Origin: Piedraia hortae CBS 480.64
Lineage: Eukaryota
DNA length: 64,000 nt
Assembly (NCBI GenBank): GCA_010093745.1
Contig: MU005983.1
Span: 62,001 to 126,000, forward strand
Reading direction: 5' to 3'
The notes under the pieces: model-generated
What the model was told of the DNA's origin: nothing
Seen by the model: the letters and a program-made list of their open reading frames with translations, nothing else
Databases searched by the model: none
In this document: one piece after another, positions 35,806 through 46,345 of the stretch
Position numbering within the stretch: the stretch's first letter is position 1
Layout of the letters: the number at the start of each line of letters is the position of its first letter
Made by a program: the position numbers and the translations under genes

Positions 35806-36135
35806 AGATTTTTTTGGGGGTTTTGGGGGTGGAGAGTGGGAGTGAGAGTGGATGTCTTCCCGGCTGCGTGGACTGGACATGTGGCGTGGTTGCTTTCGTT
35901 GCTTCTGCACACATCCCTGTTGTATATTCGTGCATCTTGGCGTAGAAGTCTCTCCTCTACTATGTATCTGTCCACGGAAATGTTTTGGTAAAGGGGAAGG
36001 ATGCATTCTCCTCGGCGTTTTCATACACCCTACCCATCCCTATCAACCTTCGAATCTCTACGCCTTCATCTTGACTTTACGATGAACTTCAGACTGCATC
36101 ATAGATACATCCTCTTCATCCTCTCTCAGTTACTT

Positions 36136-39114
36136 TCATCCCCATCCACCAATAAATCCCACCACCCCACGACAAAACCTCACCTTCCCCGCCACCTCCC
36201 CATCCACGTTATCCCTCCACTCCCCCAACAGTTCTCTGGCTCGTCCCGACGATGTCACGAAATCGCCATGCACCCGTAGAAAAACAGCCATCCAAACCTG
36301 CACCACCTCGAACTCATCCCTCTCTTGCAGTCCCCAACTCAGCGCTCGAAGGAAAGGGAGGATTTCACCCTCCCCATCAAGTAGCCTAATCGAAACTTCC
36401 GCCGCGGAGGGAGTTGATCGTTTTAGATGAGCGATGATTTTCGCGGGGAGGGAATCTTCCTTTACTGCTCCCTCAACTTCGGGCCCGGATTGGTGGTATT
36501 CGTGTAGCAATTTTTTGAACCCATCCTCCCTCCCCAATTTGATAACCCTACTTTCTTCTTTTGCTAAAGCTTCTTCGGTGGGAATCTCCTCCTTCCCCTC
36601 CCTCCCCTCCCGCTCCTCCCCCTTCACAGCCAACGAGGGAAGGAAAAAAGGTGCAGATTTCGGCTTCTCAGGCGGGGCGATTGGTCTGTTCCGCCTCCTG
36701 ATGAGATCGATATATAATAAATTCCGCCATTGCGAAGCCGGCACGTTACTCAACCTCAAAAGCCCCTTCGGGGGTTCCGGGAGGGAGGGTTCTGGGAGGG
36801 ATATCCCATCACCCTGTAAATCCAAGCCGTGTTCCGCTTCATCTGTAGCTGAAATCAGAGCTGCTTCACCTCTCACACTTTGCGGGTCGGAGGAGAGGAG
36901 GACATCCAGCTCCCCGGCAGTGATACTTCGTGAGGCTACCGTCGAGAAGAGGGATTTATTACTCCAGATTTCTATCCCCACGGAGGATTGTGTCGCTGCC
37001 GCGAGATATTCGTCAGTGGGTGAGAATGCTAAGCTGGTACAACCCCCCTTGAGGGGTAGACAGTCGACTAGATTCCCGGTCGGCAAATCCCAGATTAGGA
37101 TCGCGGTGGAGATTGTTGCTGCTACCCACCGCCCTGTTGAGGAGAATTTTACGGAGTTGATTGGTTTGTTGAGGAGGGTAGGGATGACTGGTCGGGAGGG
37201 ATGCAGTTCGCGAATTAGCCTGTGTGTTGAGACGTCGACGACGCGGATGGATGTATCTCTGCACGCTAGCGCGCAGAGGTTGGAGATTTTGTGGAAGTGG
37301 AGGTGGGCTATGGGGGGGAGAGTGAGGGTATGCTGTAGCTGCCCGGTGATGAAGGACCAGAATTTGAGCGTACCGTTCGCGGAGGCGGAAATGAGGGTTT
37401 GATTCCCGCTTGATACCGCCAGTCCTACTATAGGGGAATTATCTCCCTCGTCGTTGGGTAGGGGATCGCCCTTTTTGAGACGCTTGGGGGGGAAGCGCTG
37501 CCGATGCTGGCCGGACTGGAGATTGTACGTGTCGATACTGCCTTTGAAACTGCCTACGATGGCAAACGTCCCGCAGGATGTGATAGCTACGGAAGAGACG
37601 GGACTTCCGTCGCTGGTTGTGAAAGCCCATCGGCCCGCTTTCTTTCGACCCCAGAACCACGTTCGAGCTTTGTTATCGTTTAGGTGCGCAGTGATAATGG
37701 ATTCCCACCCCGTCATGGCTGCGGTTTCGGCGTTTTTGGATTTGGGGTTCGACCAGATGGGGTGTTTGCCGGGTAGTGAGCCCATGCCGCCGTCGCGGTT
37801 GAGGCTGCATGCTATGGAGACTATGGGCGGGCATTTGAGGTTTTCGCTGACATTTCCAGAAAGCAGACCCTTCTTCTTGGCCTTGCTTTGGATAGCACCC
37901 TGGCTGATTTCTGTGCTTTGGCCGTCACGACGTAGTGACCACGCCCAGAGACTGCGGTCTAGACTGGCGGACATGAGCCATTTTCCTACATCGTCGGAGC
38001 CGTCGGATGCTGAGGGGAGGAATTCGAGGTTGGTGATTGTTGCGCCGTGGCCTGCTCTTTGGTGTAGAAGGCGTGGGATCGGGGAAAAGGGGGAGTTGTC
38101 GAAGATCCAGGTTCGAAGACTATTGTCCATTCCGCTGCTGACGAGAAGAGGCTGTCCAGATAGGAATTCGATATTGCTGACGCCCGGGGAGCCGTGGGCT
38201 GAGCGTAACACGCCGGATTTACGGCCGCCGTCGTTGAGATCCCACAGAGTAATATCGCCCGAGTCGGATGAGGCTGTAGCCATTACCCCCGCCTCTTGGC
38301 CATTGGATCCCGCCCCTAATCCATCTGAGCGGAATGATATAGATGATACAGGCACGTCCTTGGCTACAGACAACTCTATCAGCGTCTCGTCAGAGCGGAC
38401 GTTGTGGATTAAAATGGGACCGGACTGGTAGGCCACGGCCACGACCGCCAGTACCGGCACATTCTCCAGCGCAGTCACAGCCCCGTAGTCGGCTGATGGT
38501 GGCATAATTGTGTAGATAAGACGGCCACTGCTGACGTTCCATATCTCCACGCTGCCATCGTTTCGTCCAACGAGGATTTTATTCAGAAATGTCGGCAGGC
38601 TAATGATGCATTTGGTAAATGGAATGGGCGAAACACCACGCAGGGCTGCATGAAGCTTGAATGAAGCCTTCCATACCAAAAGACTCCTCTCACCGACGCC
38701 GACAATCCACGCGCCAAAGCAGCAAATGGCCTGAATGTCCTCGTGCCATCCGTCCGGAAGCTCCAGCTCGGCCTCCTTCTTCCCGCGCTTAAACACCCAC
38801 ACGCCGTGCTCGTCGCCCGATGACCACGCGCCCAAAACCTTGTCCCTCCATGCCTGAGTCGCTGAGATTGGTCCGGGAGTCTGCGGGCGCGAGATAAAAA
38901 CGAGATTGAGGCCGCGGCGCAAGTCGTACGTCTGCAGCGAGCGGCCGATGCTGGTGGTTATCTGGAACGTCTCCTTGCCCAGCGGCACCGATGTGAACGG
39001 CACCGATGTTGGCGACACGAGGCCGACGATGCGGTACGGCGCAAAGAATCGGGAACCTCCCGTGACCTTAGACTCGCCATTCGTAAGCTTCTGCCTCTTC
39101 GATCCGTGGCTCAT
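36136..39114 (-). CDS. UTP21: SSU processome WD40 protein Utp21
   Basis: SRFFAPYRIVGLVS, WD repeats, NLLYIDLIRRRNRPIAPPEKPKSAPFFLPS, FEVVQVWMAVFLRVH. Confidence 0.95.
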   Translation of the reverse strand: MSHGSKRQKLTNGESKVTGGSRFFAPYRIVGLVSPTSVPFTSVPLGKETFQITTSIGRSLQTYDLRRGLNLVFISRPQTPGPISATQAWRDKVLGAWSSGDEHGVWVFKRGKKEAELELPDGWHEDIQAICCFGAWIVGVGERSLLVWKASFKLHAALRGVSPIPFTKCIISLPTFLNKILVGRNDGSVEIWNVSSGRLIYTIMPPSADYGAVTALENVPVLAVVAVAYQSGPILIHNVRSDETLIELSVAKDVPVSSISFRSDGLGAGSNGQEAGVMATASSDSGDITLWDLNDGGRKSGVLRSAHGSPGVSNIEFLSGQPLLVSSGMDNSLRTWIFDNSPFSPIPRLLHQRAGHGATITNLEFLPSASDGSDDVGKWLMSASLDRSLWAWSLRRDGQSTEISQGAIQSKAKKKGLLSGNVSENLKCPPIVSIACSLNRDGGMGSLPGKHPIWSNPKSKNAETAAMTGWESIITAHLNDNKARTWFWGRKKAGRWAFTTSDGSPVSSVAITSCGTFAIVGSFKGSIDTYNLQSGQHRQRFPPKRLKKGDPLPNDEGDNSPIVGLAVSSGNQTLISASANGTLKFWSFITGQLQHTLTLPPIAHLHFHKISNLCALACRDTSIRVVDVSTHRLIRELHPSRPVIPTLLNKPINSVKFSSTGRWVAATISTAILIWDLPTGNLVDCLPLKGGCTSLAFSPTDEYLAAATQSSVGIEIWSNKSLFSTVASRSITAGELDVLLSSDPQSVRGEAALISATDEAEHGLDLQGDGISLPEPSLPEPPKGLLRLSNVPASQWRNLLYIDLIRRRNRPIAPPEKPKSAPFFLPSLAVKGEEREGREGKEEIPTEEALAKEESRVIKLGREDGFKKLLHEYHQSGPEVEGAVKEDSLPAKIIAHLKRSTPSAAEVSIRLLDGEGEILPFLRALSWGLQERDEFEVVQVWMAVFLRVHGDFVTSSGRARELLGEWRDNVDGEVAGKVRFCRGVVGFIGGWG

Positions 39115-39159
39115 GGCCTCTGTCGCGAAGAAATTTTTGGGAAGCGGTGTGGATGACGT

Positions 39160-39222
39160 AATCAGAGTAGATCAGATAGCGAATATCAGATGGATCAGAT
39201 GACAGAGTATCAGATGTGACAG
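39160..39222. repeat. Clustered ATCAGA motifs in the UTP21/VIP1 divergent promoter
   Basis: Five ATCAGA copies plus GACAG variants within ~63 bp. Confidence 0.7.
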
Positions 39223-39346
39223 TCGATGTCATGGGGATTACATGAACGAGGCAGTTTGGACAGTTTGTCAGCTCTTGCCTCTGTTTTGTCCTGTAAAGAG
39301 ATAAAATTCCAGCAGTAGATCAACTTTATACCACAAATTCTTCATC

Positions 39347-42300
39347 ATGGCAGACGACAAGTCGAGCAGCATTTCTGATGCACAGCTGAAAGATTTACGG
39401 CAGGACAATGCAGGTGCGTTGCAATCCTCCCAGAGCCTCTCCGGCTTGGACAAACTGGGAAATTCTGCTCCAGCTGCTACAACCCCTGCTCCTTCTCGTC
39501 CAAGTCGAGATGCCAGGCTGGCTAGGGGTCGTGCTGCAGGAAGCCGTCCTGTTTCTTCATCCATCTCTACCAGTGGCTCTCCCTCGGCTGATCGGCCTCC
39601 TCCATCCAACAAGTTGGGCACAATTGGCATCTGTGCGTTGGACTCCAAAGCAAGAAGTAAACCGAGCAGAAACATCCTCAACAGAATCATTGGCAAGGAC
39701 AGCGAGTTTGAAGTCATCATCTTCGGAGACAAGATCATCCTAGACGAAGACGTTCGAAACTGGCCGCTGTGTGATTATTTAATCTCGTTCTTTTCTGACG
39801 GATTCCCACTGGAAAAGGCCATAGAGTATGTCAAACTCCGGAAGCCTTTTTGCGTGAACGATTTGCAGATGCAGACGATTCTGTGGGATCGTAGGCTGTG
39901 CTTGGGCATCCTGGATCAGCTGGGAGTGCCAACGCCAGACCGTATTGAAGTCAGCCGTGATGGGGGTCCCGTAATTCTTAGCCCGTCGATTGCCAAGAAG
40001 GTCTATGAGCTTACCGGTCTGCAACTGGAAGGCTCTGAAGACGGCCGTGGTGGAGGGCAAAGGCCACCAAAAGATATCCACATGGAAGATGACGACGACA
40101 CGCTGGTTGTAGACGGTAAAAGATTGACCAAGCCGTTTGTTGAGAAACCGACGAGTGGAGAGGATCACAATATCAACATTTACTTTTCAAAGTCTCAGGG
40201 CGGTGGCGGACGCAGGCTGTTTCGGAAGATCAACAACAAGTCGAGTGAAAAGGATGATAGTCTGACAATTCCTCGGGCTGTCACGGACAAGAATAACAGC
40301 TACATCTACGAACAGTTCCTTAAAGTGGAAAATGCAGAAGATGTCAAGGCTTACACGGTGGGTCCAGACTACTGCCATGCCGAAACCCGCAAGTCTCCGG
40401 TGGTGGATGGCGTTGTCAGGCGGAACCCGAATGGTAAGGAGATCCGCTACATTACTCCCTTGACCAAGGCAGAGCAGGTTATGGCGTCCAAGATTGCCAC
40501 TGGCTTTGGACAGCGTGTGTGCGGCTTTGATCTCCTCCGCATGGACGACAAGTCGTACGTTATCGATGTCAATGGATGGAGCTTTGTCAAAGACAATAAT
40601 GAGTACTATGACAAGTGCGCGTCTATTCTGAAGGGCATGTTCATCCAAGAACGGCGCAGGCGAGAGAATTTGACTGCCAGTTCCGGTGAGAGTAATGACG
40701 GCTCAGACGTTAGAAGCCCTGACCGGTCAAACCGGAGATCGATTGCCAGCGATCCTCTGACGCTGGAGGGAGTTTTGGGATCTAACACGTCCAAGAAGTT
40801 TTCTTCCAGCGCCGCCAGCCCTTTGGCTAGTCCGCCGCTTACCATGCACGATGCTCTGCGAATGCCCCCGGCAGCTGTACAGAAGGACGCACTGCCTGTG
40901 CCACCTCGGCCTGACAAATCGGGAGAGAGGCGGTCGGCTTCTGCGGATCCGTGTCTATTGTCGACGGAGAATTTACCCGCCCCAGCAGCCAAGAGCCAGT
41001 GGAAATTGAAGGGAATGGTTGCAGTTATCCGTCATGCTGACCGCACTCCGAAGCAAAAGTTCAAGTATACGTTTCATACGGAGCCGTTTGTAGAGTTGCT
41101 GAGAGGGCACGAGGAAGAAGTGTTGCTGGTGGGCGAGGCAGCGTTGGATTCGGTTATTAAAGCAGTGCAGCGAGCCATGGAGGCTGGTGAAGAAGACATG
41201 TCTAAATTGCAACAGCTTGACAATGCGTTGAAGAGGAAGAAGGATTTGCCCGGTACCAAGGTGCAGATCAAGCCCTTGTTCAAGCGGCCTAAGTCTTTGC
41301 AGGACAATACAGAGGCGGTTGAGAAGTCCCAAGAACGAAGCGATTCTCTGTCAGAAGTCACACGGTCCCGCGATGCCGCCAAGGACAATAATCTGGTGCT
41401 TGACAAGCTGCAGTTGGTAATCAAATGGGGTGGCGAGCCTACTCATTCTGCTCGATACCAGGCGGCTGACTTGGGAGAGAATATGCGCAACGACCTCTTG
41501 CTCATGAATCGTCATGTGTTGGACACTGTGTCTGTCTTTACATCTTCTGAGCGTCGTGTTACGACATCTGCGCAGATTTTCACCAGTGCCTTTTTGGATG
41601 AAGAAGACATTCCAGAGGGTCAGATTGTTGTGCGGAAGGATTTGCTGGATGACAGTAATGCAGCGAAGGATGAAATGGACAAGGTGAAGAAGAAGCTCAA
41701 GGGACTACTTCGTCAAGGCCACAAGGCACCCGAGCAGTTTGCCTGGCCCAAGGATGGCACGCCCGAGCCGTATGTGGTGGTGCGTAATGTAGTGGAGCTG
41801 ATGAAGTTTCACCAGCGCGTCATGCGGGAGAATTTTGACTTGGGATCGTCGTCTTCGCAAGACGGAACATCGGAACAATCGGATAGCAACTCTTCTGAAG
41901 CCGTATCGAATGTGCAAGCTAGATGGTGCACTGGCGAGGACGCGGCTCTGTTTCGAGAGCGGTGGGAGAAGCTCTTTGACGAGTTTCAGGACACGGAAAA
42001 GGTTGATCCTGGGAAGATTTCGGAGCTTTACGATACCATGAAGTATGATGCTCTACACAATCGTCAGTTTCTTGAATGGGCTTTTACGCCCAGCAAGGCC
42101 ATGTTGACGGAGCAAGAGGATGCGAATGACCAGGCTGAAGGCCAGTCTTCTCGTCGTCAGTCTAACAAGCTGAGCGAGAAGATTGGATTTGGCCGGAGAT
42201 CGCACGACCTTGTGAATGTTGCCAAGGGAGCCATGGCGAACATGTCGGCTGAAACGGAGTCTTACTTTAATCTATACCGTGGTCCTACAGGTGGCGGTGT

Positions 42301-42964
42301 AGAAAACAACAAACTTGTAATGGACGCTCGTCTTTCTAAGCTCAACGAACTGTACCTTCAGTCAAAGGTCCTATTTGACTTTATCGGCCCCCAGGAATAC
42401 GGCATAACCGATGCAGAAAAGCTCGAGATTGGCCTCCTGACTAGTCTGCCTCTGCTAAAGGAAATCGTCCTGGATCTAGAAGAAGTCCAAGCCTCTGACG
42501 ATGCCAAGTCGTTTATTTACTTTACCAAAGAATCGCACATTTATACCCTGCTCAACTGCATTCTCGAAGGAGGCATCACCACGAAAATCGCACGCAACGC
42601 GATTCCAGAACTAGACTACCTCTCGCAGATTTGCTTTGAATTATACGAGAGCGAGAATGCGGATGAGCCAGGGACACAGCAGATGGAATCAACCAAATCC
42701 GAAGACGACAAGGATGAAAATTACAATTACTTCAACTATTCGATTCGGATTACAATTTCGCCGGGATGCCACACGTTTGATCCGCTTAGTGTGCAACTTG
42801 ATTCGAAGCACTGTATTGGATGTGCGCAGAGACGGTCACTGACTCCGCATGGGGATTGGAAGGAAGTGCTGGAGACGCTTCGCGCAAAGTTTGATACGGT
42901 CAAGCTGCCGAAGAGATTTACGGCTGTTAATTTGAGTGAAAAGGTTGCTGGTGGGGAGTTTTAG
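39347..42964 (+). CDS. VIP1: Inositol hexakisphosphate/diphosphoinositol pentakisphosphate kinase Vip1/Asp1
   Basis: ATP-grasp kinase domain (KARSKP, HAETRKSPVVDG, IDVNGWSFVK) plus histidine-acid-phosphatase-like domain (RHADRTPKQK, YFTKESH). Confidence 0.96.
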   Translation: MADDKSSSISDAQLKDLRQDNAGALQSSQSLSGLDKLGNSAPAATTPAPSRPSRDARLARGRAAGSRPVSSSISTSGSPSADRPPPSNKLGTIGICALDSKARSKPSRNILNRIIGKDSEFEVIIFGDKIILDEDVRNWPLCDYLISFFSDGFPLEKAIEYVKLRKPFCVNDLQMQTILWDRRLCLGILDQLGVPTPDRIEVSRDGGPVILSPSIAKKVYELTGLQLEGSEDGRGGGQRPPKDIHMEDDDDTLVVDGKRLTKPFVEKPTSGEDHNINIYFSKSQGGGGRRLFRKINNKSSEKDDSLTIPRAVTDKNNSYIYEQFLKVENAEDVKAYTVGPDYCHAETRKSPVVDGVVRRNPNGKEIRYITPLTKAEQVMASKIATGFGQRVCGFDLLRMDDKSYVIDVNGWSFVKDNNEYYDKCASILKGMFIQERRRRENLTASSGESNDGSDVRSPDRSNRRSIASDPLTLEGVLGSNTSKKFSSSAASPLASPPLTMHDALRMPPAAVQKDALPVPPRPDKSGERRSASADPCLLSTENLPAPAAKSQWKLKGMVAVIRHADRTPKQKFKYTFHTEPFVELLRGHEEEVLLVGEAALDSVIKAVQRAMEAGEEDMSKLQQLDNALKRKKDLPGTKVQIKPLFKRPKSLQDNTEAVEKSQERSDSLSEVTRSRDAAKDNNLVLDKLQLVIKWGGEPTHSARYQAADLGENMRNDLLLMNRHVLDTVSVFTSSERRVTTSAQIFTSAFLDEEDIPEGQIVVRKDLLDDSNAAKDEMDKVKKKLKGLLRQGHKAPEQFAWPKDGTPEPYVVVRNVVELMKFHQRVMRENFDLGSSSSQDGTSEQSDSNSSEAVSNVQARWCTGEDAALFRERWEKLFDEFQDTEKVDPGKISELYDTMKYDALHNRQFLEWAFTPSKAMLTEQEDANDQAEGQSSRRQSNKLSEKIGFGRRSHDLVNVAKGAMANMSAETESYFNLYRGPTGGGVENNKLVMDARLSKLNELYLQSKVLFDFIGPQEYGITDAEKLEIGLLTSLPLLKEIVLDLEEVQASDDAKSFIYFTKESHIYTLLNCILEGGITTKIARNAIPELDYLSQICFELYESENADEPGTQQMESTKSEDDKDENYNYFNYSIRITISPGCHTFDPLSVQLDSKHCIGCAQRRSLTPHGDWKEVLETLRAKFDTVKLPKRFTAVNLSEKVAGGEF

Positions 42965-43291
42965 TCATATGTCTTTGTGCGTTGTAGTAGGCCATCCACG
43001 TCTTTGCACGGAATAGACAATATAATTATTTCATCGATACAGTCTCCTTGACGAATGTTGAAAATCTGTCCCTATACCCTAATCCTCCCTCCCCCACCCC
43101 CACTTCCCATGATTATACTAAACTTTCCCCAAGGTCGCTGCAGGGGAGTTGTAAATAGACTATCCATTTCATCCACCGTCTTTGCACGTTACAACACCAT
43201 GGGAATAGACAACACAATTGGTCAACAATTCATCCATACACTCTCTACCCATACACTACCCACCAACAAAGTATCCCTCCCCTTCCCCTGA

Positions 43292-45021
43292 TTAAACCAG
43301 TATCTCCCTAACCCCCCTAGGCCCAAGATCATTATACTCAATCCTGTTCAAAAACCCCTTAATCCCACTCTCCCCGTTAACCGAAGCCTGGGGAGAAGCA
43401 TACAGAACCCTAGCCGCAATCTGCGCCCCAACAAACCCAGCATCATAATAATTCACTTCCTTCCACTCGGCGAAATGTTCGGGGACTTTAGCCATCTTGA
43501 TCGAACTCGGGGTTTGGGGGATGGAAAATCCTCCTGCGCCTAACCCGCCCGCGGCGTATAAATTTGGGGGGGGGGCGGGGTGAGCGGACTGGGTAGGGTG
43601 ATATCCCCCCACCGCCAACCCTTCCCCACTCCCAACCTGAAACCGTCTCTGCAGAGAAAGAAGGACAGCTTCGCGGAAGCCGGGAACACGACTCCCCTGT
43701 CCCGTGATGATGATATTTTCCCATAATTCCCCCCTTCGCGATGTCACCGGACATGTAGTGATGGAGAGATAGATTTTTGAGGTTAGTGTGTTGAGGAAGG
43801 AGGGCGAGGCGGGGGAGAAACGCTCTGTTCCAACTTCGATTTCTCGGTTATTCTCTTGGGGTTTGCCTGGGGAGGGTTTGTCTTGGGATGCTTCACCCGT
43901 TTCGGTTAGTTTATCACTTGAGGTTGATGCACCCCCTTGTACTCCAGTGTTGGATTTCTCAGAAACACCCTGGCGGGGAATATTCTCATAGAGGAAAGTG
44001 TTTATGATGCGTTTATGATTCGCGAGTTTCGCAGGCGGGAGGGCCGCTTCTGCGCCCTTCTTAGCCTGTTTAGCTGCTTTCTCGCGCTCTTTCTGCGCAA
44101 GATATTCATTCATATGACCTCCGGTGACGATACTCGCAATGTCGAGAACGCCTTCGTCGTCTTCGAGCCGTTTCTCTACTGTCACTTCCACCGCGGGGGG
44201 TTGTAGGGCTGCTACCGTGGTGGGGTTGTGGTCAGAGGAGGGGACTTCGCTCAGCTGCTCCGGCGAGAGGATCTCACAGATGGGACTCTTTTTCAGCTGT
44301 TCGCACATTTCGTGGTCGAAGTCCCTACCGCGTAAAAGTTCAAGGAGATGCTGTGTCATCGCCTCCCCTCCGCAGCCCGGCATCGCCAGCGTACGGCCGA
44401 TTTCGTGGACGGTATAGTCTGTTATGCATGTTACGTCTGCTTTGTCGAGACCAATGTCGACGATTGTTGCGGTGCTGACGTTATAGGCATACGCTACGGC
44501 CGAGGCGGAATCGATCATGGAGAAGGCTGGGACCTTGAATTTTTCGAAGAAGAATTGCGTGATGCGCTCGTGATCGCGGACGGTCCAGACTGGCTCCGCG
44601 ACAATGATGACGGGGGTGTGGAACGGGGGGTTAACCATGTTGTAGACGTGCGTCATTAGTGCGAAGAAACAGGGCCAGTCGACGATGCGGCCGTGTTGGA
44701 TGGGCCACACGGCGCCGGATTGTGAGATATCTTCTTCCCATTCGGCTTCGTCGTTGTCATCATCCTTCACCCCACCATCCTTGGGTGTATTACCCCCCTC
44801 CTTCACCTTCTTCCGTACTTTGATCGCTTCAAACTCGCCTGCTTTGGCCGCGCGGAACATGCGCGACGGGATGTGGTGTCGCGGGGGAGAAAACGACTCC
44901 AGCAGGCCCAGCTGCGCTAGCGTCGTCGCTGAGCCGGGCGCGATGATCTGCTGATGTTAGCTCATGACATCCTTGTTGGGTTTCCCCGTACAAAGAGCTG
45001 GTCCTCGCGAAAGGCGGGCAT
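43292..45021 (-). CDS. ARP9: Actin-related protein Arp9 (RSC/SWI-SNF), 2 exons
   Basis: Spliced N-terminus MPAFREDQLF/IIAPGSATTLAQLGL (intron 44948-44991), WPIQHGRIVDW, CEQLKKSPICE, WENIIITGQGSR, PEHFAEWK. Confidence 0.88.
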
Positions 45022-45177
45022 CGTGCGCGCAACTTAAGGCCGTTTGCGACAAAATTCCCCGCGGCGGGGGGGGGGGGGTGGCGGAATTGTTCCGTCTTCC
45101 GTGAGCTTGACCAGCATGTGCAACTACATGCAACTCTGAAAAAACCCCCCCCACATCCAGTGTGGCGTACCGCTGCC

Positions 45178-46265
45178 CTACTCCAAAAACCACTTCGGCA
45201 CCTCCGGCCCCCACACCGCCAACGACTCATTTCCCGCGGGAACCCATTTCACCGGCGTCTCATTGGTAACCATATCTCCATCCGCATAATGCTCAATCAT
45301 ATTCCCGTGCACATCCCACCAATAATCAAAAATGTTCTGCCATCGTCAGCTGATCCCCCCACCCCGCATCACTGGTATCAACTCATCTGAGAACCAAGAA
45401 TATGTCTCCCAATCCCCCAAACACTCTCATACCCCCTCTTCCTCAACCACTGATGTCCAATATGCTGCGTATCAAAATCATGTACCTCAAAACTCGCATG
45501 GTGCACATGTCTCGTCTCGTTCTGCGTAATAAACAACGAATGATGATCCACAGCCTCGTCGCCCCGATCAATATGCATAAAAACACCAATATCCCTCTTC
45601 CCTTCACCATCCGTCACATACAAAAAATCCGACGGCGCAAAGTTGAAGGTGCGGGTATACCAGTCCAACTGCCTCTCAAACTTCTGCGAGCAGAACCCGT
45701 AATGACCCAGTTTATGCACCGCTGCAGGGCCGACCTCGAACCGATTGAACCTCCTGATCCGCGGCTTTTCGTCCTCATAATTATACTGTATCTTCTCCGG
45801 AAACTCTCCCTTCGTGGCCCGCTCCTGGCCGTAGATCAGACTTATGGGAAAGCCCTCTAGATCATGAAGAGTGAGCATATACCCCCCTCCGGGGGAATAA
45901 TCTAGCGAAACAATCCCCCCAGCACCTTTCATCCTCGAAGCTTTTTCCATCTCCCCGTAGTCGTCAACTTCAAACACCCCACCGAGAAACTTCCTCTCCC
46001 CCTTGCAAGCGTAGTACACATACGGATCGGTCCCGTACCCGCGGAACCAGGCCTCGGTGGGGGTTCGCTTTGCAACGACCATGCCAAAGTCAATGAGGAA
46101 AGTCGTTATCCTATCGAGGTCGGGGTGTTGGTACCGCACATGCGAGATTCGGGTGAGATTGATCAGTTTTGTAGGATCGATCCCGTTGCGCTGCCGCCAT
46201 TGGGCGAGGGATTCGTCGTAGGGACTTAAGCCCTTGGTATCCGGGACGGTTACGCCGTGAGCCAT
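45178..46265 (-). CDS. Two-domain VOC/glyoxalase-family extradiol dioxygenase (trihydroxytoluene oxygenase-like), 2 exons with non-canonical intron
   Basis: VHKLGHYG, VDHH, HVHHASFEVHDFD, WGIGRHILGSQ, then exon 2 IFDYWWD...IEHYADGD...WGPEVPKWFLE*; the intervening 45334-45386 starts ATGAGT. Confidence 0.88.
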
Positions 46266-46345
46266 TGTTGCATCTCTGATGCTGCTCCATCATATGATGC
46301 GGGGTTAACTTGCCTGTGGCCTGCCTACCAAAAGCGGTATACCGC

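Noticed and set aside
36434..38431. Long antisense ORFs (322 and 325 aa) opposite UTP21, and similar ones opposite NIC96, TOR and RPT6
   Set aside because: Shadow frames of codon-biased genes with no recognisable motifs.
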